DNA of 64,000 nucleotides from Paragordius varius (GCA_964247055.1 OZ176057.1:620001-684000); one strand, 5' to 3'. Shown: positions 13,213-26,939, numbered from the stretch's first letter. Program-made: numbers and translations. The notes: generated by a model from the sequence alone, not told the origin.

Positions 13213-13735
13213 TGTCAATTTATTACATTTGAATCAAAAGTTTCCTCTTCCCGTATTGTTGGCATTAAACAATTTAAAGCCATAAAATGTTTAACGGGAT
13301 AAAAAACACCTTTGCCATAGGATACCCTATTTCATAGTACACAGAAGGGTCTGGCACATTGATTACATTTTTAAAGGATATCTTTTCGTCATTTTGGTCA
13401 AATTCTTTAGCACACGCAATTCGTTCACATAAATTCAAAAATATATCTATCAACTCGCTTTTTCTATCATTTAACCACATCCACTTCCAACTAATCCACA
13501 CTTTCGCACCCATAAAATAGTCCCCTTATTCAGATTAAAAATTGAATTTGACATATTATTTATTTAATGAAGATTAAAGTTTTTAATTAACAAACCCTTA
13601 AAATTCGTAATTATTTATTATTAAAGATTAAAGTAAAATACACTTTATTACCTCCTTTTCCGAATCTCAAAAATTTGAAAAATTTTGATGACATTTTTGT
13701 ATCAAACAATTTAGAATTATGTATTCTATATGTTC
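13213..13735 (-). pseudogene. Unidentified ORF family 'Q', copy 2
   Basis: Near-copy of 2979-3500, with a frameshift after YPMAKVF. Confidence 0.45.
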
Positions 13736-13959
13736 CATATGTTATTAACATTAATTACTCAAGACAACAAATTTTGACTATTTTTAACTGCCATTTTTTC
13801 ATTGAACTAGGGGTTATGCCAAGTGCCGATATATATCTTACATGTAATAATTGTAGATTTCACCAATTTCATGCCGGTTCATTGTACATTACAAGGGCAA
13901 TAAGAGCATGCTGTAGGTCTGCAAACCATCTAAATACCTAGTGTCCTGATCACACAACA

Positions 13960-14260
13960 CCATTGCTAAAAATTAATTTGTTTCAATCATGAATTAATTA
14001 GAGACAACTGGAATGAGCCAGATGAAAGGGCAAATTGATTTTGATACATGACAATGCTAACTTTCAAACAGTAAAAGCAATGAGAGACACCCTAACATTA
14101 GATCGGGCTGCTAAATACTTTTCTGACCTGGCGCCATCTGGATGCATCTAAGCCTTAATGAAACACTTACTCGTTGAGCGGCACTTCAATATCTTCGAAT
14201 AAGTTGAATTAATTAATATCGGTTTTCCACAAAAGACGGTCAGTTTTTCTACCATACTCA
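13960..14260 (+). mobile_element. Mariner transposase C-terminal remnant
   Basis: Translates KLILIHDNANFQTVKAMRDTL..FSDLAPS, matching Mos1 VIFLHDNAPSHTARAVRDTL..YSPDLAPSDY (second and third catalytic Asp regions). Confidence 0.8.
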
Positions 14261-15289
14261 TATATTAACTAATAGATAAAAATATAAAAATAATATTATA
14301 GAAAAAAAAATTGTTTTAAAGTATTTATTTATGTGTTTATATTTTTGTAGTTAATATTATGGTTATATTTGGAATTTTTTCGAATTTTTTGCGAGGCGCC
14401 CTAAAAGTCGTGGCGGCGAGTTCTGGACACCCCTGATTTAAACCATAAAACGCATCTGTCCTATATTATCACGTGAACATGTTTTATCCCCAGATTCTGA
14501 CTATGCTGGCGTTTGGAAGATTTGCCAGCGCGTATTCACTTTCTGCTTGCGTTATAGTTGGTTCTGTTAGTTATAGAATCTTTTTTAATTTATTTTTCCT
14601 TTAAGATTTTTTTCCATTTTATTAATATGTCTTTTATGTTAATTAGCATTTTTGATCCATTGATATCTAATTGTAATATTTTCATTTTTTAGGTTTGGAA
14701 TTGAGAAATTTATACAAAGAGGAGTATTCGCTTTCAAACAATCAATTTCAATTTCATGGCATTTATCATCTACTGCATGTACTTTGACTTTATTTGTTTA
14801 GTAAAAGCACGCCAGTGTTTTGTATTGATGTACCTGGCCTATCAAATATTTCCTAACATAGAGAGTTTAGTTTTTATTAGTGCTATTTTTTAGGTTTATG
14901 TTTTCGGTTTGTTTTATTATTTTAATTTTTTTTCGTGGAGCTAATCAAATCTGTCATGAGCTATTCATGAACGATAGTTTTGTTATATATAGTATTTTTT
15001 TCTGGGCGCACAAAAGTCGTGGCGAATTCCGGACACCCCAGATTTAAACCATAAAGCGCGGATGTGTCTATTATTATTTAAACCATAATAATGCTTGAAG
15101 TTGCTTATATTCTAATCCCTAAGCAAAAATGATGTGTTAATATTTTCCATAGGGGAAATGTTTTTTCCTCTTATTTTAAACTTTATCATTCATGTTTTGC
15201 TGTTTTAACATCATAAATGATAAGTTTTCATGCGTATGGAGATGTAGGCATATCTTTGGTTGCATAACAAATAACACCAGAAACGTTTG

Positions 15290-16550
15290 ATTTAACAGGA
15301 TCCCGAATACCAACAAATCCTAAAAATGTTAACCGTCCCTCTTTGTGAGTTCTTGGGCCATTTGTGTCTGAAAATTATGTTTCGTTAACCGTGTATGTTG
15401 AAAAGGCAACGGCCAAAACCTGTAATCCACTTCAAAACAATCGGGTGGCATTATATAAAATTTTTTGCCGTTCTTTTTCTCCAATCAATAAGGCAACATT
15501 TGAAACAGAAGGTGTAGGAATTTCTCTCATATTGCCAATAATCGTTGGTGAGAGAATAGTATGTAATGCGCTTGTTCATTACAACTTCGGGCGCACCTTT
15601 TAGCGCGACCAATATCGTATCATTTTGATTTGATGGAACTCTGCATACAACTTGCATATATTTCCTTTCAGATGAAAATTCTTAACTCTCCGGACATCAT
15701 ATTGAAATTTCAACTTGCCTTCGCCAATTTTATTAAGAAAAGTTATTGTTAGTAAAGCGGATTCAGTAGGGAATATAGGACTGCTCGTATTATCGTCGAT
15801 ACCTTTTTGGGCGATTGATTTGTGGGAAAATTTGATTCAGTATAGAGTGCACCATATCAAATGGGATTAGACACACCGATAATATTGGGTGATTGGTTAT
15901 CAAACTTAAGACCCGAAATTTGGTCCATAGATATTACTTTTCCTATTTTACTGTCAATCTTATAGCAACCATCATCAGGTGAATATGTGGTACTGTCATT
16001 CGATTAGTAGTTAACAGTATTATCCGATCATAAAACATCAACAATCGGTAGTTTTTTGCTAAGGACCCATTTTTAAGACATACGGATAACACCGAGGGCT
16101 AATGTTTTGGAATAGCTGCTACCGCTAAACCAACACCAATGCTACACATTTCAAATGGACGTCCCCTCAAATATCCCATGAGTATAATGAGAGCTATTAT
16201 ACAAAGACTATAATAACTGAGTTGTTTCCTTAATCGATCCATAGATTTTGTAAAGGCTTTTGTGTGTTTGTACAAGTATCATTTGAATATTTCATAAAAC
16301 TCTGTTCTCTCACCCGTACCAATAACTAAACCATTTCCATTTCCGCTGCACACCAAAGTTTCCATAACAATGTGGTTTAAGGACGATTGTGCATAATATT
16401 TATGCTGGCCATCTACCTCAGAAGCAATTGCATTCTCAGATCTCCAAACCAAGATTTCCGCCAGATGCTGATTTTATCTGAGCGGCTTAGCCTTTGAATC
16501 TTTGCCAGTTTTACAGTCAGTTTTGGGTTCCATTACTCAGTTAAAGGAAC
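15290..16550 (-). pseudogene. ATP2C1: SPCA-type ATPase fragment, copy 3 (longest, reaches the actuator domain)
   Basis: Adds NHIVMETLVCSG and an LT.E..EP.K-like segment (SPCA SLTGE..P..K / NIAFMGTLVRCG). Heavily degenerate. Confidence 0.75.
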
Positions 16551-17478
16551 ACAAAGCGACTAAAATTTTTAGCGGTTAAAATACGATTCACTTACTTTAA
16601 GTAAAAAATAAGTGTTTGGCATATTTTAGTGTTTCCAAAAATGTAAGCTCAGTCTCAACGTGATTGTTTTATCCCCGATGGTGACTGAGTCTATGAGAAT
16701 CAGCCTCTCATATTACCACCCGTGTAAAAATAAAAAATTTTAAAAATAATTTTTTAAATCAATTTTCTGAAAAACGAAGGTGACTGGGCCCTAAATTCTT
16801 CCCCCAGATTCATTCCGTCAATAAAATAAAAATTTTAAAAAATATTAGCTAATTAACTTTCCGGGAAACGTGGAGACTTATTCAGTTTTAATAACTAATA
16901 TAAATAACTGTTTGTAAGTGGGCCATGATAACTCATTTGTCTGAATTCGCTAAGTTTTCCCCACTTTGTGTTTTTAAAATAATAAGTTCTTCAAATTTTT
17001 AAATAAACTTTTTAAGGGTATGTATATTAATTTAAGGATACTCTCTCATTTGTGATAAGGGGTACAAATCATGACCCAAAATTCTTTTTAGAGTTACATA
17101 AGATAGCGACTCTGTGTAAATTCTTAGTTACTTACTCCTTAAATCATATATTAAAATGTAGTTCAGGAAACTGTTAATTATACAAAAATATTATTTTTTA
17201 ATTAAAATCCAAGTGTGAAGCCTTTTATTATCATTATCATAATTCAATCATTACTGACGATTGCAAAACAACTTTTTATGTATTATTGGTATAACAGTAA
17301 AAACAAAACAAAATAGAAATTTATTGCATATTTATGATTCATCAGATCACAGAGAAAATTAAATAATTAAATTTTGAACTTTCGTATCCATTTTTTTCAT
17401 TGATTTCTTGGCTTTTCTCACCTGTTAATGTAAAAGAAAATGGAGATTATTTAAGCCTCAAAAATATAAAATACGAAT

Positions 17479-17890
17479 TGTCAATTTATTACATTTGAAT
17501 CAAAAGTTTCCTCTTCCCGTATTGTTGGCTACAATTTAAAGCCACAAAATGTGTAACGGGATATACAAACACTTTTGCCATAGGATACCCTATTTCATAG
17601 TACACAGAAGGGTCTGGTACATTGATTGATGTGGTTTAATGATCGAAAAAGCGACTTGATATATTCATTTTTGAATTGTTGCGAACGATTTGCGTGTGTT
17701 AAAAAATTTGATCAAAATGACGAAAAGATGTCCTTTGAAATTGTAATCAATGTACCAGACCCTTCTCTGTACTATGAAATAGGGTATCCTATGGCAAAAG
17801 TTTGTATATCCCCTTAAACATTTTGCGGCTTTAAATTGTTTAATGCCAACAATACGAGAAGAGAATACTTTTGATTCAAATGTAATTAAT
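17479..17890. pseudogene. Family 'Q' copies 3 (minus, truncated, to 17627) and 4 (plus, inverted, from 17628) meeting at a fold-back junction
   Basis: 17489-17627 is the reverse complement of 17745-17885. ORF 17626..17817(+) reads MWFNDRKSDLI...PDPSLYYEIGYP. Confidence 0.7.
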
Positions 17891-18021
17891 TGACAATTCG
17901 TATTTTATATTTTTGAGGCATAAATGAGTTCCATTTTCTTTTACAATAAGAGGTGCGAAAAGCCAAGAATAAATTAATGAAAAATGGATACAAAAATTAA
18001 TTTAAATACTTAATTTGCAAA

Positions 18022-18772
18022 GGGGGTTAGTTATTGGAACGGGTAGAATAATTTGATGAAATATTCAAACAAATGAAAGTTGAATAAGGACCCAAAACAC
18101 CTTTAGAAAAATCTATGGATCGATTAGAAAACAACTCAGTTTTTATAGTCTTTGCATAAAGCTTTCATTATACTCATGATTGTTTGAGGGGATGTCGATT
18201 GCTTGAAACGTTATTGGGGTTAGTAGAGGGACTTCCCATCGTTGTGACAGTAATTAGCGCTCGGTGTTATCCGTATGTCTAAAAAATGGATCATTATCAA
18301 AAAACACAGACTATTGAAACTCTAGGTCCATTAACTAGTAATCGGATGACAGTAACGGATATATAAACACCTGATGATGATTACTATAAGATTGACAGTG
18401 AAATAGGAAAGGTAATATCTATGGATCAAATTTGTGGTCTCAAGTTTGATAACCAATCAACCCAACATTATCGGTATGTGTAATCCCGATGTAATCCATT
18501 TGATATCAATTGATGCACTCTATACTGAATCAAATTTTCCCATAAATCAATCGCCCATGAAGGGTAGCGACGATTATCTCTTAATATAGCCCCTAGCGAA
18601 TCCGCTTTGCTAGGAATAATTTTTCTCAATAAAATTGGGGAAGGCAAGTTGAAAAGTTTTCAATATGATGTCCAGAGATTTAAGAAAAGTCCATTTTTAT
18701 CTGAGAGGAAATATATGCATGTTGTAGGCTGAGTTCGATCAAATCAAAATGATACGATAATGCTGTCAATTA
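18022..18772 (+). pseudogene. ATP2C1: SPCA-type ATPase fragment, copy 4, inverted
   Basis: The plus strand matches the reverse complement of copy 2 (GAAAGTTGAATAAG..ATGGATCGATTAG..GAGGGACTTCCCATCGTTG..GAAACTCTAGGTC..CAAAATGATAC), with internal deletions. Confidence 0.8.
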
Positions 18773-18992
18773 CAAAACAACTTATTATGTATTATTGGTA
18801 AAACAAGGAAAACAAATTGGAATATATAATTTATTGAATATTTATGATTCATCAGATCACACTGCAAATTAAATATTTAAATTTTGAATTTTCATAGCCA
18901 TTTTTTCATTGATTTATTCTTGGCTTTTCTCACCTCCTAATGTAAAAGAAAATGGAAATTATTTGAGCCTCTAAAATATAAAAAACGAATTG

Positions 18993-19510
18993 TCAATTTA
19001 TTACATTTGAATCAAAAGTTTCCTTTTCCCATATTGTTGGCATTAAACAATTTAAAGCCATAAAATGTTTAACGGGATAAACAAACACTTTTGCCATAGG
19101 ATACCCTATTTCATAGCACACAGAAGGGTCTGGTACATTGATTACATTTTCAAAGGACATCTTTTCGCCATTTTGGTCAAATTCTTTAGCACACGCAAAT
19201 CGTTCGCAACAATTCAAAAATATATCTGCTAACTCGCTTTTTCTATCATTAAACCACATCCACTTCCAACTAATCCACACTTTCGCACCCATAAAATATT
19301 CCCCTTATTCAGATCAAAAATTGAATTTGATATATTATTTATTATTAGAAGATAGGAGTTTTACATTAACAAACCCTTAAAAAGGTAATTATATATTAGA
19401 AAGATGAGAATTTATCATACAATATAGTTTATTACCTCCTTTCCCGAATCTCAAAAATCTGAAATATTTTGGTGATATTTTTGTATAAAATAGTTAAGAA
19501 TTATGTATTC
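18993..19510 (-). pseudogene. Unidentified ORF family 'Q', copy 5
   Basis: 99-aa ORF nearly identical to copy 1. Confidence 0.45.
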
Positions 19511-20799
19511 TAATTAATGTTCCATTTATTATTAAAATATATAAATTAAATTCATGTTTATAAATTGTTTTAAAATTACCATTTTATTGTGTTAGTTTAG
19601 GGTATATTTTTATAATACCTTATAATAAGGGGAAAATGTGTTTGACTGATTATCGGTTTTTTTCTAATAAGGTATATTGTCAATATGGATGGATGGGTTG
19701 CTAGAATCGATCGTCTTTTTGAAAATTGCATAGATGCGATTTTTAATTTAATACTGAGTTATGCCAAGATAGCTTTGATTATTTTCTAATATACCCAAAT
19801 AAGATTACGGTTTTAAAGAAAAAAATAGGGTTTGTGTTTATAATTTTTAGCGAAAAGGTTTTTTTGTTTTCTCCTATTTTGGTAAATGGCTGTTAACATA
19901 ATTAATTCCGATATTTTGTTTAACTATATACCAGATTTAGTCATAAGTCATGGCTTTTGGAGACAAGTTCAATGACAGATGATCATTAGTTACAGTTATA
20001 ATATCTTTGTTGAACAATACACCACGCAAATTCATTCCGCCTAAAGTTGGCGTTGATTGTACGTTTCATTAATTTTTTCATATTTTGATGCCTTAATTTA
20101 ACAGATAAATTAACCGCGAGATCTCGGCATTTTCCCGTTACATTCAAGTGAAAAAAAAAGCCATTTTAGAGAGAACCGAAAATTGGAGTCCGGGCTCTCG
20201 TCTAAAAATAATAGAAATACTTTGATTCAAAATTTATTAATATATTTTAATGATAATATATAAAGCGTTTTGATTTCCCTAAAAATTATTCTAGCATTAT
20301 GTGGAAAACAGAATTTCATGGACGATTTATACAAAAGTGTTAATTTGTTCTTAATGCTTCCTAAACCTTAAACCTCAAATTAAAAAGGATCCCATATATA
20401 TTTTCTTTAAAAAACATATATTTTTTTGGGCACGTATCTTTTAATAAAAGATTTAAACGTTGAGGTAAAAGGAATAGGTCCTCTTTAAACTAAATAAATA
20501 GATTAACACTCCCAAACCCAAAGATGCTATGTCTACCAGGTAAAGTAATTAGCTACTGCTTTATCCAAGAGAAGACAGCAAAAATACTAAGTCGATAAAT
20601 TTGATACAGACTCGATTTCGTTCATCTAAATATAAACGACAAACACAGTGACGTTTAACATAAACTGGCTTTTAACTTTAAAATTAATAGTATTCTATTT
20701 CATTTTCATTTAGTTAGAAAAAATTGACTGGCATCATCCTGTGTTTGTAATATGGTCACCGTGCTCTATCGATTTAATTAGGCGAAGCATGTTTCAAAT

Positions 20800-21147
20800 G
20801 TAAATGTTATTTAAATGTGAAGTGGGCCTTTAGGCAAATCGAGCAGCTACAAAAACGACCAAGTGCAAATTAAACGGTCTCCCTACTCAGACCTATTAAC
20901 AATTAGCAGGAAGATGACTTATCGTTAACAATCCATAGTTTATGAGCAATGAGAAAGACTAAAAAAATAATAATTTATATGAACGTTAAAAAAATATCAT
21001 ATATGATTAGTGAAATTCGTATTAACCTTACGAAAAATATTTATGTATCGAATTGATCGGAAGTCACTTTATAAATCCTCGGAAAAAAATAGTAGCTTTC
21101 ATCTTTTAATGCCAGCCACTCTGCTTGAACAATATGACCATGTTATA
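20800..21147 (+). mobile_element. Mariner remnant (third old paralog), interrupted by a foldback MITE and a gypsy fragment
   Basis: CAGCTACAAAAACGACCAAGTGCAA and GACCATGTTA blocks are shared with the 5690 and 8820 remnants. Confidence 0.6.
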
Positions 21148-21872
21148 CCATTTACACTTCAAGAGTGTCCTTGAACAATTCAAGTTGGTCCTTGAACAAT
21201 TCAAGTTGGTCCTTGAACAATTCAAGTTGGTCCCTGAACAGTTCAAGTTGGTCCTTGAACAGTTCAAGTTGGTCCTTAAAATTTATAAATTTTGATTTAA
21301 CCTTAATTTTTGCATTTATTCTTTTATTTTATTATTTATTAACCTAATTTTCATTATTTATTATATATTTATTCATTTAAAAATAAAATTTTTTATTGAA
21401 AAACCACTTTTTTGTTTCAAACTATTTTTTTTTCAATTGAACAAAATTATTGACTTTTAAATGTTTTTAAAAATTTAATTAATAACCCAGAAAACTTATA
21501 TATTTTTTCATTTCGTGTTAAAACCTATAAATATCTAAAATTATTTTAAGAAATGAATAAAGATATAGGGTTTCTCAAAGATTAAAAGTTGTTATCGATT
21601 TTAATTTTATGTTAAATAATAGAAAATAGGTTAAAAACAATAAAATAGATGAATTCTTTACAATTTGATTGATAAAATTTAAAAAAAAACAAAAAAGTCA
21701 AAGGACCAACTTGAATTGTTCAGGGACCAACTTGAACTGTTCAAGGACCAACTTGAATTGTTCAAGGACCAACTTGAACTGTTCAAGGACCAACTTGAAT
21801 TGTTCAAGGACCAACTTGAATTGTTCAAGGACCAACTTGAATTGTTCAAGGACACTCTTGAAGTGTAAATGG
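21148..21872. mobile_element. 725-bp non-autonomous foldback-type element with TIRs built from 21-bp tandem subrepeats
   Basis: Left end CCATTTACACTTCAAGAGTGTCC plus about 5x CTTGAACAATTCAAGTTGGTC. The right end is the mirror with about 7 units. Flanked by TATA on both sides. The empty site GACCATGTTATATGTCT is visible in paralogs near 6030 and 24217. Confidence 0.9.
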
Positions 21873-21889
21873 TATATATATATGTCTAG

Positions 21890-22660
21890 TAGGAGCAAAG
21901 TTTTAAAACCCCGTGAGATGCTTGATACGAACGCTATTGCCGTAAATCGATTAACGATTTTGAAAGTCGCCACAAGGCCTTTAAAATAAAGCCGATTATT
22001 TATCGAAATGGCCGATTGACCAGATCGATGCCTATGACGAAAATTATGCGGTTATTCCATACCTAGGATTTTTAAATTGGTTAGCAGGGATGAGATTCGA
22101 AAAGAAACCGCGTTAGATCCGTTCAAGTAATTAGGTATTTTCTGAAAGATGAGTTGGCATTTCATTATGTGTTTAAATGATCGGATTCTAATACCGAAGC
22201 CCGTTCAAAAGGACTGGTGAGACAACTAGACAGCAATTTAAACAACGTAAAATGATGAAAGCGATGGTCAGATTATGAAATCCATTAATCTGTGCCAATC
22301 GTGCCATAGTTAGCCGAATCTTTCCAGTGAGATCACAATGTTGGTGTGTGGGAGCGTTTGCATTATAGTATAGCCGAACCGGTCTTCGGTTATTATTGGT
22401 TGTTGGTAATAGATAGCGCCTATCAAAGAGCAGAAGGGTTTAAAAAAGGTAACGCATCGGTTGTAATCCCAAGCTAGAAGAAACTTTTGCAAGTTTTAGT
22501 TTTGCAAGAGAGATAGTTAGCGGTAACGCATCGTATTTTAATAATGGGTATTTTACGTCAACCTCAAGTAAGTTGTGGATGAATAAAGTTACCCCTTCTT
22601 ATCTTAGAAGCAATGGTATAGTAGAAAGGTTAGTAGGTACGATAAAAAGTATATACAAGA
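21890..22660 (+). mobile_element. Ty3/gypsy LTR-retrotransposon pol remnant (integrase zinc finger and core)
   Basis: Translates LCQSC, VWERLHYSIAEPVFGYYWLLVIDSAYQRAE and SNGIVERLVGTIK, matching gypsy C..C, PWERIHIDFAGP..YL.VVDAYSKWPE and SNG.VER.V.TIK. Many stops. Confidence 0.75.
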
Positions 22661-23879
22661 GAAAAATAGTGCGATACCCATGTTAATACATGCCTATGGG
22701 AGTATAGTTATATTTGATTTAAAAATTCACCCCTATTGTTGACATTAAAAAATTTAAACCTATTAACATCACCAAGAAGCCTATTTAATTATACAAATGG
22801 TATCTTTTTCAAAGAACATATTTTCGTCATTTAAAAAATCTCTTTTATACAAAACAATTAAAAAACGATGTCAACAGACTTTGAATCGTCAACCCACATC
22901 GTTTTCAAGTGCACATTCGCACGCATCCTATATTCCCCTTTTAGTATAAATTTTAATACAACAATAATTATAAAGATTAGACATAAATTGTTTATTTAAT
23001 AAGGTAAAAATATTTTTAAATATTTCGTGTTTTGATAAATATAAACTTCTAACTTACAGTTCCAAAGAATATCAATATATCAACCAAATTTTACCTCTTT
23101 TACCGAATCTAAAAATTTGAATCATTTAGGTGACATATTTGACTTATTTGACATTTGCTCTATATTTTTTACAATATTAATTAGGGTACATTAGATAACC
23201 GTATTTGTACCTACCTGCATTTTTTGGCATAAATTAAGTATCCATATTGTACTAAATAAAAACGAAACGCAATGTAAGCGAATAATAAAATGCCTTTAAC
23301 GAGTGATTTCCGTTTTTATAATAATTTTTTTAATATCCTAATGGCAACATGGATGTGTTACTGTCCAGGTCGACTTTTAGAAATTTTTATATAATGGTTG
23401 TCAATGAATTCAGTTTTTTCTGTTTTCCGCCAAGGTCGCATTGTTTTTTAAATTCCTATCAACTTTTAATTAAAAAAACACGAATGAGTTTTGGGTAAGC
23501 AAGAGAAAAATGGGTTTTTTACATAGTTTTATGAATTTTTCCAATTTATCTTTGGAAGTTACAGTTTATTTTATACATCTTTTGTTTTTAATGCGAATAT
23601 GAACATTGAATTATTCCGGTTATTTTTAATAAATGCCAGGTGCAATCATCATAGGTTATTTAAGAAGGATTCAACGAAAAGTACCCAGATGATTATTTTG
23701 ACCAGACTCTTCTGATATCTAAAAACGAACCACACATATTCCCGCCAAATGGATGCTTCTAATTTTATCATTCTATATGTTTATAGTGCCTGAAAAAGAA
23801 GAGGGACATGCATTACTTATTACTTCCTAGAAAAGGCTGTTAATAATCATCATTTATTGGTAATATAGCCAACATTTGT

Positions 23880-24580
23880 TTTAAACAAAAGTTTTAAAAA
23901 GTGAAGATCCTATCAAACAGCTGCGAAAACGATCAAGTGCAAGAGTTACTGGATAGTGTTCCAACTCAATTTTAATAGCATTGATAGAATCATTACATGT
24001 ATCACAAACAATATATAATCTGCAAGAATGGGAAAAACCAATAAACTCTCTAAATTCCAACACTCGGAAACTACAAAGTGACTAGTGAAATTTTTCTTCA
24101 ACATCACTAGAAGAAATTATTAGAGTACCAAATTATGACGGGTGTTGTGTTAATAATCTTATCAGAAAAAATAGGTTATCTATGCATTCTGGGTTATAAC
24201 ATCTGGGCAATAGGACCATGTTATATGTCTGGTGAAACCTTACTTTAAAATCCCGCTGAAAGACTAAATACAAATGCTGTTCAACACTGATTGTTTTTGA
24301 CCATCAATTTAATAAAAAACGGAATGGGCCAGAAGACAACGCAAAGCAATATTGATACCTAAGCCAACAGTTAAACAAGTGAAAGATACTCTAAATTGGT
24401 TGGATGTGTCGCATTTTCCTGATCTAACGCCATGTGATTAATATATATGCGCATCATTGAAAACACTCGCAAAGCAGCGCTTAAATAAAAGACGTTAAAT
24501 GGAACACATGGGTTTCCGCGAAAGGCAATCAATTTTCCTAGCATATTCATTTAACTGAAAGATCAGAGAAAATTAAATAA
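23880..24580 (+). mobile_element. Mariner remnant (duplicate of 5690-6400)
   Basis: Colinear near-copy within block 2. Confidence 0.8.
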
Positions 24581-26939
24581 ATTAATCATTTGGTTTAAAT
24601 TTATCTATTCTTTACATATATAATTTGTTGCGGATAATTTGGTTTATTTGGTTTTTTCATTTTTTGTGTACCCAGAAAGTCGTGGCGGCGACTTCTGGAT
24701 ACCCCTTATTTAAAGTATAAAGCGCGATCGATCCTCATTTGATGCTTTAATTAAATTGCATATGATTATTGAAATTATTCGCGGGGGGCCCAAAAACTCG
24801 TGGCGGCGAGTTCTGAACCCCCCGGATTTAAACCAATTATTTGAGCTTTTCTTTTATATGATACATAGGATACGATACGCCTGGTATCTACATCTTTTGT
24901 AGTAGACTAAAGGCTGAGATTGAGCTCTTGATATTAAAGCTAAAATCGGATATTCCCTATTTGTTTTACCGTAAATCATTTTTCTTAGAGAGAATATTTC
25001 TTCATAAAGGTAACAATAGAGGTTATCCATAAAGTTTCTTGCTGATTTTTTAAAATCAAATTTTGTGAATAAACAAACATTTTTGGGGGTTTGAGTTTGT
25101 AGAAGATTTTCTATTTCTATATGGAGAAAATATACTTTTCAATCTGTATATCCCAAAAATAGATGTAACAGATGAAATAAGCTATTTTCCAGTATATAAA
25201 TCAATTCTCTCATCTTCTTGTATTGTCGGCATTAAACAGTTATGTATTTATTCAATATATTTGTCAATGGATAGCTTTTTTGATAGTTCAAAGCAGAGTC
25301 TGATATGCTTAGTTTATCAAAGTACATTTTATCGTTTTGATAGAGTTCGCTAGTACACGCAGATTGTTTTAATTCACAATCGTTTAATTTTAAAACATGG
25401 ATAAAACAAATTAATATTAAAACATAACAAGAAATATTACCTCCATAAAAGACATATTCACTTTTTAGTAAAAGTGAATGTTAAATAAATAGGGATAATC
25501 CAATTTTAGCTTTAAAATCAAGAGCTCAACCTCAACCTTTAGTCTACTACAATAGATATAGATCCATAGCCAGGCGTACAAGAAATTTACGAGAAGATAT
25601 AATAATTAAAAGGTTAAAAGGTTACCCTGTTTTGATTATGATCATAGATTCAATAAGATAAAATTTAAATATTACCTATATGGTCAAAACACTTTTTTAA
25701 CCGTTACTCACATATAATAATTATTTCGGGTAACAGATAAAATATGGTATACATATTATTTTACATTAGATTCAAAACTTTCATCCTCCCCTATTATCGT
25801 CATTAAACAACTTGGCCAAAAAATGTTTTAGTGAAGATAAATATCCACTTTTCATTGAATGGCCTATTTCAATTAACAAAAATATGGTACACTGATTAAA
25901 TTTTAAAGAACATTCTTTTTCTCACATACTTCTTTTGTGAAGACAAATCCACAATCATTGAAAAACGAATCTGCCAAAACAATTTTAGATATAAATGTTT
26001 ATTTAATTAGGAAAAATATTTTATATAACTCTAAGTTTTAATGAATAACTCTAAACAGTTGAAGATAAATCATTCAAAGATTAATATTAATATACAAATG
26101 AAAAGATTCGTACCTCCTTTCCCGAATCTCAAATATTTGAATGATTTTTGGGTAATACTTGGCTAAATAAATTAAGAATTAAGTGTTCTATATTTTAAAT
26201 ACTTATATAGTACATTAGATACACATGTTTGTAAACCTAATTAACGGTATTTTTTGTCGGCTGAGTATGAATTTTGCCAGATAAAACCAAAATATTAGCG
26301 AATATATTAATGCTTTTAATAACTGATATCCAACTAATAATATTCTCAATATCTTAAGGATTGTCAATGGATGGATGGATGCTTTTAAAATCTTTTAAAA
26401 ATTGCGATTTTTGGTTTTGATGTTCTCCCAAGGTTACCCAGCTTTCTTGAAATCCCGATGGGCTAGTTTTGAGAGACCCGAATAAAAAAAGCTTTTAAAA
26501 TCAAAAAATGTGTTTCTGTTTATGGATTTTAGGGAAAAAAATTTGTTTTTCTTCATTAAATGTTGGTATTATCGCTGTGATTAAAGCTTCATTTTTTACA
26601 TTTTCTAATTTCTTTTTATCTGTATGGTTAAATTGATCACATAATTAGTTTGATACGGTTATGTTTTTCCGTATTTGAGAAAGATCTACGAAAAATACGC
26701 TGATGATTATTTTGTTAAATACAGTTTGTTATACGACATTGATTAAGAAACCACACATACTGATCCCACCACGTTAATTTTTATCATTCATTAAACATTA
26801 TTTTTGCCTGATAAAGAACATTCGCGGCACACATTACTTATTCCATCATGAGATATAAGCTGTTAGAAATAATCTTTTGCTGGTAGAAATATATGGTAAA
26901 CATGTTTCGATTATAATTTGCTAATCATGATCTCGATCA

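Noticed and set aside
14590-14860. LINE endonuclease-like remnant inserted between hairpins
   Set aside because: Only a vague compositional resemblance; no diagnostic motif was recoverable.
21165-21989. Regular 21-bp repeats as a CRISPR array, and ORFs 21165..21347, 21669..21989 and 21698..21973 as proteins
   Set aside because: There are no unique spacers and no cas genes, and the context is eukaryotic. The heptad-periodic ORFs are a by-product of stop-free 21-bp units in MITE arms.
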